A DNA stretch of 64,000 nt from Polyangia bacterium. Lineage in GTDB: Bacteria; Myxococcota_A; Polyangia; Fen-1088. The stretch lies in assembly GCA_036268875.1 (NCBI GenBank), contig DATATI010000050.1, positions 5,770-69,769 on the forward strand, read 5' to 3'. The position numbers and the translations under genes are program-made. Below are positions 56,052-64,000 of this stretch, piece by piece. Every line of letters begins with the position of its first letter. The first letter of the stretch is position 1. The notes beneath the pieces were generated by a model. The model was not told where the DNA came from. It did no database searches and saw only the letters and a list, made by a program, of their open reading frames with translations.

Positions 56052-57185
56052 TCAGCGCGGATTCAGCAAGAACGGCCGCTGCTGGCCGTCGAGAGTACCG
56101 ACGCCGACGATCTGCCCACCATCATTGACGCCGGTTGCTTCCCGCAATTCCCAGCCGGAGGCGGCGTCGATCGTGGCGGTGAGATCCTGCATTCGCCCAC
56201 CGCTGGTGGCGAACGCCCGTTCATCGAGAGAATCGCCGTCGGCGCGATCGAAGTCGCCCACCACCAACCCTTTGTTGTTGATGGCCAGCGCCTCGCTGTA
56301 ATCGCCGCCGGTGGTGTCGAGGTCGCGCATGCGGCCGTTCTGATACAGAAACGCGTGCGCCTTCTCGTCGCCGGCCACATAGGCCTGGCCCACCACGGCG
56401 CCTGAGTCATTGACGGCATAGGCGCGGCTGTACGATCCCCCCAGCGTTCCCAGGTCCTTCATCGACGAGGCGCCGGCGCTGGCGGTGGTGGTGGTGAAAG
56501 CGCGAAACAGACCATCGGCGTTGTATGAATAGCCGACGATCTGCCCAGCATTGTTCACATCGTATGCGCTGCTGTACGGTCCGCCCAGCGTCCCCAGATC
56601 GCGCAGGACACCGTCGTGGAAGACAAATGCGTGTTCGTCGCCGGTGCTGATCTTCGATGCACCAACCACGTCGGATGCGTCGTTGATCCCGTAAGCGCTG
56701 CCGTATCCACCACCCAGGCTGCCCAGATTCGTCATCGATCCATTTATCAGTAGAAACGGTCGGTAGCTGCCGGTCGACAAGGTGGCGTAGCCGGCGACGG
56801 CGCCGGCTCCATTGATGGCGCTGCCCACCGAGATCGTGCCGCCCAGCGTCCCCAGGTCACGCATCACCCCTTGCTGGGCCGCGAAGGCGTGGCGCTGGTT
56901 GCCCACCGAGGAGGAGAGGCCGACCGCCTCGCCGCTGGCGCCGACTGCCAGGGCATAGCCGACGGATCCACCGAGCGAGCCAAGATCAACCACTGAATAA
57001 GACCCAGCGACGCTGGCGCCCACGGAGGCGTTGGTTCCGCTGGCTGCCGTGGCCGCGGCGGTGGTTTCGTCAAGCGGGCTCGGCGGCGGTGCAGCCGACG
57101 GCTCCTCGCCTCCGCAGCCGACGATCAAACCCGAACAGACAACGATCGTGATGACACCCAAGCCGCTTGTCCGTTGCATGACCAT
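56052..57185 (-). CDS. HAF-repeat extracellular lipoprotein (TIGR02913-like)
   Basis: IVGC lipobox; 7-8 DLGTLGG..S.A..IN..G.VVG...HAF repeats. Confidence 0.9.
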   Translation of the reverse strand: MVMQRTSGLGVITIVVCSGLIVGCGGEEPSAAPPPSPLDETTAAATAASGTNASVGASVAGSYSVVDLGSLGGSVGYALAVGASGEAVGLSSSVGNQRHAFAAQQGVMRDLGTLGGTISVGSAINGAGAVAGYATLSTGSYRPFLLINGSMTNLGSLGGGYGSAYGINDASDVVGASKISTGDEHAFVFHDGVLRDLGTLGGPYSSAYDVNNAGQIVGYSYNADGLFRAFTTTTASAGASSMKDLGTLGGSYSRAYAVNDSGAVVGQAYVAGDEKAHAFLYQNGRMRDLDTTGGDYSEALAINNKGLVVGDFDRADGDSLDERAFATSGGRMQDLTATIDAASGWELREATGVNDGGQIVGVGTLDGQQRPFLLNPR

Positions 57186-57348
57186 GCCCCCTTTCTCGCC
57201 GCCCTGCCGGCGCCCACCTGGCGCTCCTGATTTTTAATTTAGAGACGCGTGCCGGTCTGTCGACGTCTTGACAGCGCGGCAAGCGCTTGGGCGCCCGCTT
57301 AGGGCTTGAAGCCGTGGAGGGGAATGACTCCGTTACACGCGCGAGGCG

Positions 57349-60183
57349 GTGATGGTGTGTCCGAACGCCAGCTTCCAGGCTGACAACAATAGGGGACCAC
57401 CCCTAGGCAACACCCGGCGGTCCGGGCGGGTCGAACCCGTCAGCGGCTGGGAGTGGTCTTGCAAGTTCATTCGGGTGCGTGGCTCCGGCGGCCTCGTTGC
57501 CTGCGCGAAGAGCAAAAGCCGGCCGGTTTTTTGTGCCTTGCTGATCGGGCTGACGGCGACGACTGCCGCCCGCGCGCAGCCCGCGCCCCCGGACGAGCCA
57601 CCGCCAGCCGCGCTGTCCAAGCCGCCGCGGCTGCTTCACTTCGTGCAGGCGACCCCGCCGGCGTCGCTGGGCGGCCTCACCGAGGCGGAGGTGGTCTTGA
57701 CCATCGACGTTGATGAAGCGGGCCAGGTGACGGCGGTGGCGGTGGCGCAATCGGCGGGCGGGCCGACCGGCCCCGAGCTCGATCGCGCGGCCGTCGATGC
57801 CGCGCGCCAGTTCGTGTTCGAGCCGGGCGAGGCCAGCGGGCAACCGGTTCCGGTTCGTATCACCTATCGCTATCGCTTCGTTCTCAAGCCGCCACCGCCC
57901 CCGCCGCCTGCGCCGTCGGTGGCGGCCAACGCCACGGCCGGACCGACGGTGCCGCTGGCCGGCTTGGTCTTGCGGCGGGGTGATCGCACCCCGGTCCCGG
58001 GTGTCAGCGTGACCGTCCCGCTCGCGCCCGGCGACCAGCGCCGAGCCGTGACCGATCAAAGCGGACATTTTTCCTTCGAGGCGCTCCCCGTCGGAACCCA
58101 CCCGCTCACCCTGCGCGGCAGCGCCATCGCCGCCGTCGACATCAGCGTGACGTTGCACGAGGGCAAGAGCCTGGAGCTCACCACCTTCGTCGACGTCAAG
58201 GAGCGCTATGCCTCGACCGTGCGCGGGCGGCGCGTGGTCGTCGAGGCGGTCGAGCACACGCTGGTCACCGAAGAAATTCGGCGCATTCCCGGCACGCAGG
58301 GCGACACGCTCAAGGCGGTGCAGAATCTGCCCGGGGTTTCACGGGCGCCGTTCGGGATCGGCCTCTTGCCGGTCTGGGGCTCGGCGCCCGAGGACACGCG
58401 CGTCTATGTCGACGGCGTGAATATTCCCCTGCTGTATCACTTTGGCGGCCTGCGCTCGACGGTCAACAGCGGGATGGTGCAGTCGCTGACGTTCGTGCCG
58501 GGTGCCTACCAGGCGGACCACGGCCTTGGGCTGGGCGGCGTCGTCGAGGTCGAGACCCGGCACCCGCGCAGCGACGGGCTGCACGGTTATGCAGCCATGG
58601 ATTTGCTGGACGGTTCGCTGATGCTGGAGGGACCGCTGACCAGGTCGCTGTCCTTCGCGGTGGCCGGGCGGCGCAGCTGGATCGACGCCACTCTTCCGCT
58701 GTTCACCACCAGCTCGTTGCAGCTGACGCCGGTCTATTACGACTATCAGGCGCGTCTGTCCTGGCGCCCGACCCCGCGCGATGATCTGGATGTCTTCTTC
58801 CTGGGCTCTGACGATCGCTTGAAACTGGTGGCCACGGTCAAAGACGACGCCCTGACCGCCGCCGTCGACTCGCACACCTACTTTCATCGCGCCATCGCCA
58901 GCTGGGCGCACCGCTTCGCGCGCGGGGCCACCCTGTCGATCACCTCTTCGCTGGGCTACGACGCTCCGTTCGGCCTGGGCGTGCAATTCGGCACCGTGCC
59001 CACGTCGGTCGATCAGCACGCCCTTGCCTATGCAACGCGCGCCGTGGCGCGCTGGCCGCTGCTGCCGTCGCTGCGCCTGGACGGTGGCGTCGACTTCGAA
59101 GGAAACCGCTTCGTCCTTGATCGCGCGGGCTCGCCCAGCGCCGTGGTCGATCCGGTCAGCGGTCTGGGCAGCAGCGGCGTCGGCGCCAGCGGCGGCTTTG
59201 GCGGATCGGCCAGCGGCTTCGCCATCGACCACCTCACCCTGTACACCAACAACGTGGCGCCCTTCGCCGCCGCCAACTGGTCGGGCTCGCTGTTTGGCCG
59301 ACCGTTCACGGTGACGCCGCAATTCAGGCTGCAGGTGATCAGCGCTGCGGGCTATGCCGGCTCGGACAGCGCCTTCGCGCACACCTTCGTCTCGCCCGAG
59401 CCGCGCCTCGACCTGCGGCTGCAAACCACCGCGCGCCTGGCGATCAAGGCGGCGGTCGGTTTCTATTCGCAACCGCCCGCCCCGTCGTCCTACTCGCGCG
59501 ACTTCGGAAACCCGGACCTCAAATCCGAACGCGACATCCAGGTTGTAGTGGGCGCCGAGGCCGAGCTGATCGCGGCGCTGCACGTTCAAGTCGACGGCTT
59601 CTACAAAGATCTGCGCGACCTGGTGGTGCCCGGCGTCGTCCCCGGCGGCCCGCTGCTGGTCAACGACGGCCAAGGTCGCGCCTACGGTGGCGAGCTGCTG
59701 CTGCGCCAGCAACTCGCGCGCAGTTTTTACGGGTGGGCGTCCTACACCTTGTCCCGCAGCGAGCGAAGAGATCACCCCGGCGAAGGCTGGCATCCATTCC
59801 AGTTCGACCAGACCCACATCCTGACCCTGCTGCTCAGCTGGGTGCTGCCGCGCGGATTTCAGGTGGGCGCGCGCTATCGCTATGTCACCGGCAATCCCTC
59901 GACGCCGATCCTGGGCGCGTACTACGACGCCGCCGCCGATCGGTACGCGCCGATCACGGGGACCCCATACAGCAGCCGCCTGCCCGCCTTCAACGAGCTG
60001 GATCTGCGCGCCGACAAGATCTTCACCTTCGATCGCTGGCGTTTTTCGGCCTTCATTGACGTTCAGAACGTTTTCCGTGCCGACAACCCGGAAGCAGTGG
60101 GCTACAATTTCGACTACCGCGTTCCACACCCGATCACCGGGCTGCCTCTGCTGCCGGTGCTCGGCATTCGGGGAGACTTCTGA
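57349..60183 (+). CDS. TonB-dependent receptor with N-terminal TonB_C and carboxypeptidase-regulatory-like domains
   Basis: LDRAAVDAARQFVFEPG, IPGTQGDTLKAVQNLPGV, YVDGVNIPLLYHFGG, GRAYGGELLLR..GWASYTLSRSER, LPLLPVLGIRGDF. True start may be GTG 57475. Confidence 0.92.
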   Translation: MMVCPNASFQADNNRGPPLGNTRRSGRVEPVSGWEWSCKFIRVRGSGGLVACAKSKSRPVFCALLIGLTATTAARAQPAPPDEPPPAALSKPPRLLHFVQATPPASLGGLTEAEVVLTIDVDEAGQVTAVAVAQSAGGPTGPELDRAAVDAARQFVFEPGEASGQPVPVRITYRYRFVLKPPPPPPPAPSVAANATAGPTVPLAGLVLRRGDRTPVPGVSVTVPLAPGDQRRAVTDQSGHFSFEALPVGTHPLTLRGSAIAAVDISVTLHEGKSLELTTFVDVKERYASTVRGRRVVVEAVEHTLVTEEIRRIPGTQGDTLKAVQNLPGVSRAPFGIGLLPVWGSAPEDTRVYVDGVNIPLLYHFGGLRSTVNSGMVQSLTFVPGAYQADHGLGLGGVVEVETRHPRSDGLHGYAAMDLLDGSLMLEGPLTRSLSFAVAGRRSWIDATLPLFTTSSLQLTPVYYDYQARLSWRPTPRDDLDVFFLGSDDRLKLVATVKDDALTAAVDSHTYFHRAIASWAHRFARGATLSITSSLGYDAPFGLGVQFGTVPTSVDQHALAYATRAVARWPLLPSLRLDGGVDFEGNRFVLDRAGSPSAVVDPVSGLGSSGVGASGGFGGSASGFAIDHLTLYTNNVAPFAAANWSGSLFGRPFTVTPQFRLQVISAAGYAGSDSAFAHTFVSPEPRLDLRLQTTARLAIKAAVGFYSQPPAPSSYSRDFGNPDLKSERDIQVVVGAEAELIAALHVQVDGFYKDLRDLVVPGVVPGGPLLVNDGQGRAYGGELLLRQQLARSFYGWASYTLSRSERRDHPGEGWHPFQFDQTHILTLLLSWVLPRGFQVGARYRYVTGNPSTPILGAYYDAAADRYAPITGTPYSSRLPAFNELDLRADKIFTFDRWRFSAFIDVQNVFRADNPEAVGYNFDYRVPHPITGLPLLPVLGIRGDF

Positions 60184-61025
60184 TGGGACGCGCGTTGATC
60201 ATGTTTTCTGTTTGTTTGTATTTTCTCGGTTGTCAGAGTTTTCCCGATCCACCGGTGAGCTTTCTCTCTGGGCTGCGCGTGCTGGGTGTCCGCGCCGATC
60301 CGCCGCAGGTGGCGATCGGTGAAGGAGGCATCGTGAAGGTGCTGACCGTCGACACCACCGGCGAAATGGCCGCCGCCAGTTGGAGCCGGTGCCTGCGGGC
60401 GCCGCTGGCGGGCGACGCGGTCAACCCCGACTGTGTGACCCAGCCGAGCGCCGCCTTCTTGCAACCGATCGGCGATGGCCTGAGCGTCACGACCACGATG
60501 CCAGCGGACGCGCCGGCCGCCGCCGGACAGCCCGATGCAACCGGTGGCGTTTATTCTCCCTTGGTGGCGCGGGTCACCGACCCGACCGACACTGTGCTGG
60601 CAGTCTATCGCTGGCGGCTGCGCACCGACGACAGCACGCCGGCCAACGCCAATCCCAGCATCGCCAGCCTGTACGCGCTGGACGCCAGCGGCGCCCCTTC
60701 GCCTCTGGACGAAGCAACGCCGCCGGTGGTTCAGGCGGGCGATGTTTTGACCCTGGGGGTGACGTTCGCCCCCGGCAGCGCCGAAACATACAGCAGCGCG
60801 GGCGCCGCTCCCGCTACCGAGGTCCTCACCACCTCGTGGTTTGGCACCGCTGGCGTGTTCAGCGTCGAGCGGACCAGCGACGCGCAACCGCACACCGTGC
60901 TGCGCCTTGATCAGCGTCTCGAGTCCGCGGCCCAAAGTCCGACGGGCCTCATCGATCTTTATGCTGTGGCCCACGACGAACGGGGCGGCACCGACTTCAT
61001 TCACCGCGCTCTCCAGCTCAAGTGA
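60183..61025 (+). CDS. Lipoprotein, TBDR partner
   Basis: FLGC lipobox; LRVLGVRADPP, ANANP, DERGG; coupled to the TBDR stop. Confidence 0.82.
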   Translation: MGRALIMFSVCLYFLGCQSFPDPPVSFLSGLRVLGVRADPPQVAIGEGGIVKVLTVDTTGEMAAASWSRCLRAPLAGDAVNPDCVTQPSAAFLQPIGDGLSVTTTMPADAPAAAGQPDATGGVYSPLVARVTDPTDTVLAVYRWRLRTDDSTPANANPSIASLYALDASGAPSPLDEATPPVVQAGDVLTLGVTFAPGSAETYSSAGAAPATEVLTTSWFGTAGVFSVERTSDAQPHTVLRLDQRLESAAQSPTGLIDLYAVAHDERGGTDFIHRALQLK

Positions 61026-61091
61026 GCTGGAAGGGCAACCGATCCCAAAAAGCAACGAAGACGGCAACGATCAGGAAGGGAACAAGCGTTT

Positions 61092-61700
61092 ATGACCGAT
61101 GTTTCTGCACATTTTCTCCGCTTCACACTCCACGGCGCCACCTGGGTGCTGTGGCTGCTCATCGCGCTCAGCGTAGTCAGTCTCAGCATCATGCTGGAGC
61201 GGGTTTGGTATTTTCGAACCCACCGCCTGCCGCGCGCCGCGCTGGCCGAGGAGATCCGCAACCTCTTGGAGGACACCGGCGGGCGGGTCGCGCTCGCGGG
61301 CGCTCCCCCGGCCGTCGAGTTCGCCGCCGCCGTGGAGGGCGCCAAATCGCGCGAGCGTTTGCGCCTGGAACGCAACCTGGCCTTCCTGGCCACCGTGGGC
61401 TCGAACGGGCCGTTCATCGGCCTGTTCGGTACGGTGCTGGGGATCATCAAAGCCTTTCACGATCTCGCGGCCAGCGAGGCCAGCGCCGGCGCGTCGACGG
61501 TGATGGCGGGCATCTCCGAGGCGCTGGTGGCGACGGCGATTGGCCTGCTGGTGGCCATTCCGGCCGTGGTGGCGTTCAACTATTTCAACCGCCGCATCCG
61601 GGTCCGCATGACGGAGGTGGAATGGCTGGCCCACCTGGCGGCCGAGGACGTGAGGGCCTCGCTGGCCGGCTCCCTCAGCTACGCCTCGGGAGAGGGCTGA
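61092..61700 (+). CDS. exbB: MotA/TolQ/ExbB proton channel
   Basis: LATVGSNGPFIGLFGTVLGII, GISEALVATAIGLLVAIPAV. Confidence 0.93.
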   Translation: MTDVSAHFLRFTLHGATWVLWLLIALSVVSLSIMLERVWYFRTHRLPRAALAEEIRNLLEDTGGRVALAGAPPAVEFAAAVEGAKSRERLRLERNLAFLATVGSNGPFIGLFGTVLGIIKAFHDLAASEASAGASTVMAGISEALVATAIGLLVAIPAVVAFNYFNRRIRVRMTEVEWLAHLAAEDVRASLAGSLSYASGEG

Positions 61701-62125
61701 TGGCCGGCAGCGCGGATCGCGACGAAGGTGCCCTCTTCGCCAGCATCAATGTCACACCGATGGTGGACGTCACGCTGGTGCTGCTGGTGGTGTTCATGGT
61801 CGCGGCGCCCATCATGATGACCAGCCGGTCGATCAAGGTGGCCTTGCCCAAAGCCGCGACCGCCGAATCCACGAAAGCCTCGCCCCTGGTTCTTTCGCTC
61901 ACGCGCGAGCCCAGCGGCGGTTACAAGCTGTTCAACGGCGGCAAAGAAACCGACGAAGCGGGCATTCGCAAGCTGATCCCGCCCCTGGTCGGGCGCGACC
62001 CGGATCTGCAGGCCGTCATCGCCGCCGATCGCGGCATCTCGTACGGCGACGTCATGCACGTGGTCGACGTGGTGCGGGCCGCCGGGGTCAGCAAGTTTTC
62101 CCTCAACACCGACTCTGGATCATAG
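61700..62125 (+). CDS. exbD: ExbD/TolR
   Basis: INVTPMVDVTLVLLVVFMV, VALPKA, AADRGISYGDVMHVVD. Confidence 0.93.
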   Translation: MAGSADRDEGALFASINVTPMVDVTLVLLVVFMVAAPIMMTSRSIKVALPKAATAESTKASPLVLSLTREPSGGYKLFNGGKETDEAGIRKLIPPLVGRDPDLQAVIAADRGISYGDVMHVVDVVRAAGVSKFSLNTDSGS

Positions 62126-62137
62126 GAAGCGCTGCGC

Positions 62138-62887
62138 GTGTTGCGCCGCAGGGATGTTGTCACCCTGGCCGTGGCCGTGGGTGTGCACGCAGGATTGGCG
62201 GTGGCCATGACCCGTGGCCATGAAAAACCGCGGCCGCGGTCTCGGCCGGTCGAGTTGGTCTTCGCGCGGCCAGCCCCGCCGCCGGTCGTCGCGGCGGCGA
62301 GCGCCGAGCGATCGGCCGCGCGAGCGCCGCAACCGACGCCGCCGCGGCGACGGGTCGCCCTGCTTCCTCGCCGGGTCGCGCCGGCCGCGCCGAAACCGGC
62401 CGCGCCGGTGGCCGCGCCCCGACCGATGTTCGGCGTGTCCATGACCTCCCCCACCGAAGTGGCCACGGCAGAGCCCCTCCCCGTCGGCAGCCCCAGCGGC
62501 TCCGGCGCCGCCCCCTCGGCCGGCACCGGTTCAGGCGGCGGCCCGACTTCGACCGGCGCCGCCAGCGGGTCCACCTACCGCCCCGCCTCCGAGTCGGACG
62601 TCGACGTCATGCCCGAGATTGACGTGGAGGCGTGCGGGCGCGCCGCCGCCTATCCCAGCGACGCCGAGCAGGCTGGCATCGAGGGCGACGTCCGCTTGCG
62701 CGTGGCGCTCAACGACCAAGGCGGGATCCACGACGTGCGCGTGCTGTCCGGTCCCGGCCACGGGCTGGATCGCGCTGCCGTCGAAGCGATCCGGCACAAG
62801 TGCCGGTTCTCTCCCGCACGCGCCCACGGCCAGGCCGTCGCCTTCGTCATCGAATCGTACCGGTTCCATTTCGAGCTGCCCCGCTAA
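62138..62887 (+). CDS. tonB: TonB energy transducer
   Basis: N-terminal TM with SxxxH-like VGVH, Pro-rich linker, YPSDAEQAGIEGDV, LDRAAVEAI...RFSPA; GTG start. Confidence 0.88.
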   Translation: MLRRRDVVTLAVAVGVHAGLAVAMTRGHEKPRPRSRPVELVFARPAPPPVVAAASAERSAARAPQPTPPRRRVALLPRRVAPAAPKPAAPVAAPRPMFGVSMTSPTEVATAEPLPVGSPSGSGAAPSAGTGSGGGPTSTGAASGSTYRPASESDVDVMPEIDVEACGRAAAYPSDAEQAGIEGDVRLRVALNDQGGIHDVRVLSGPGHGLDRAAVEAIRHKCRFSPARAHGQAVAFVIESYRFHFELPR

Positions 62888-63732
62888 CACGCGCGGGGGA
62901 CCGACGCCGGGCCCGCGCTGGCGGCGGCCAGCGCGGCGCAGACCTCTTCGGCAGAGGTGAAGTCGACGCGCGGATGACGAAACGGGACCCACTGGAACCG
63001 CTGATAAAACAGCACGCCGGGGTGCGGGGCGCGCTGGTAATCGTAGCGCGCGAGGGGTCGCAGGGCCTCGCGCGTGACCCGGACGTGGCCCAGGTTGCGC
63101 CGCTCCGAGCGGTACAGATCCAAGATCGCGCGCTTCCAGTTCTGTTCTTCCGGCGCCAGCCACAGCACGCGCTCGGCGCCGTTCGGCTGCCAAAATTCGT
63201 TGCTGCGAACGCCGGCCGCGTGGTGGTACTCGGCGAACTCGATCACCGGCAGCGCCGGCCCGGCGAAGCCGCTGGCCAAAAAATTGGCGACGTCATGGTC
63301 CTGATGCCCGCCCTCATAGGCTGGGGCCCACAGCGCATCGGCCCGGACCCGGGCGATCTGCTCGCCGATGGCCGCCCGTGTCTCGCCGAGCCGCCAGCGC
63401 AGCTGCCGCGACGGGCACGGCAAGAACAAGATCGGCGTGATCGTCAAATGCTCCGCCGCTCGCATCGCCTCCTGCCGCCGGCGAGCGATGCGCGCCGGAT
63501 GTTGGGCGCGCTGCCAGCGCCATTCGACTTCGGGCGCTGGCAATCCGGTGGTCAAATACAGCGCGAAAACCTCAGCACCCGCCGTGTGCACGCGCCGGAT
63601 GGCCGCCGCGCACCCCACGGCCTCGTCGTCGGGATGCGGGACCAGCAGCAAGATGCGCCGGCCGATCAGCTGGGCCTTTCCGCTTCGCGGGCGGCGTGGA
63701 CACCTTCCCCGAAACCACGCACGCGTTGCCAC
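62884..63732 (-). CDS. PIG-L/LmbE family deacetylase
   Basis: PHPDDE, RRQEA, EGGHQDH; start uncertain. Confidence 0.88.
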   Translation of the reverse strand: MATRAWFRGRCPRRPRSGKAQLIGRRILLLVPHPDDEAVGCAAAIRRVHTAGAEVFALYLTTGLPAPEVEWRWQRAQHPARIARRRQEAMRAAEHLTITPILFLPCPSRQLRWRLGETRAAIGEQIARVRADALWAPAYEGGHQDHDVANFLASGFAGPALPVIEFAEYHHAAGVRSNEFWQPNGAERVLWLAPEEQNWKRAILDLYRSERRNLGHVRVTREALRPLARYDYQRAPHPGVLFYQRFQWVPFRHPRVDFTSAEEVCAALAAASAGPASVPRAC

Positions 63733-64000
63733 ACCGGAAGCAAATCTTCCAGCAGCACGTCTTGCCAGGTGGGGATTCCGCGCTCGGCCCAGCGGCCGGC
63801 AGCCGCGCCCATCCGCGCGCGCAACGCCTGGTCAGTCGCCAGGATCCGCAGCGCCCGCGTCCATGCTTCGGGATCGGAGCCGGCGACCACGACGCCGGTT
63901 TCACCGTCGGTGATGTGGCGGCCGCTGCCGCTCTCGGCGGCCACCAGCAGCGGCCGGGCGCAGGCCAGTGCCTCCAGCGAGATGTTCGACGTCTCCTCGA
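63666..64000 (-). CDS. Glycosyltransferase family 4, C-terminal part (5' end beyond the right edge)
   Basis: EETSNISLEALACARPLL...ITDGETG...RARMGAAA; frame open to the window edge. Confidence 0.85.
   Translation of the reverse strand, partial: EETSNISLEALACARPLLVAAESGSGRHITDGETGVVVAGSDPEAWTRALRILATDQALRARMGAAAGRWAERGIPTWQDVLLEDLLPVWQRVRGFGEGVHAAREAERPS

Noticed and set aside
57345-57415. Fluoride or cobalamin riboswitch before the TBDR
   Set aside because: GGTGATGGTGT resembles the crcB motif, but the pseudoknot partner and GCTGATGAC are missing. The cobalamin core (GGGAA...GCCACTG) is also absent.

Overview
High-GC bacterial DNA whose gene families (TIGR02270, DUF6484, TonB_C-fused TonB-dependent receptors, many Gly/Ser-linker lipoproteins) point to Myxococcota, probably Polyangia-like; the taxonomy is inferred. 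Left to right: a TonB-dependent receptor running off the left edge; about 0.8 kb of gene debris; a translationally coupled type I restriction-modification island (hsdM, frameshifted DUF1016, hsdS, Schlafen/AlbA_2-ATPase-HTH gene, 76-codon ORF carrying a second hsdR start, hsdR, M48/YgjP peptidase); a 1085-aa EGF-repeat lipoprotein; a cytochrome b/molybdo-oxidoreductase pair; an ECF42-like sigma factor with YciI and RibD-family candidate targets; an ArsR-less ars operon (aquaporin, arsC, Cys-rich MarR); stress and carbohydrate genes including GH97; an orphan T6SS spike/effector island (TIGR02270, DUF6484, DUF2169, KAS-like, DUF4150 PAAR-like nuclease toxin, two immunity genes with three homologous domains, vgrG, M15 peptidase effector plus lipoprotein); a 214-bp branched palindrome; mepA, topoisomerase IB and general-stress genes; a catalytically degenerate 5'-nucleotidase fused to a beta-barrel; a TBDR-lipoprotein-exbB-exbD-tonB operon; and PIG-L/GT4 genes at the right edge. 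No tRNA, rRNA, CRISPR array, integrase or transposase was recognised. All family assignments come from motif recognition by eye, not database searches.
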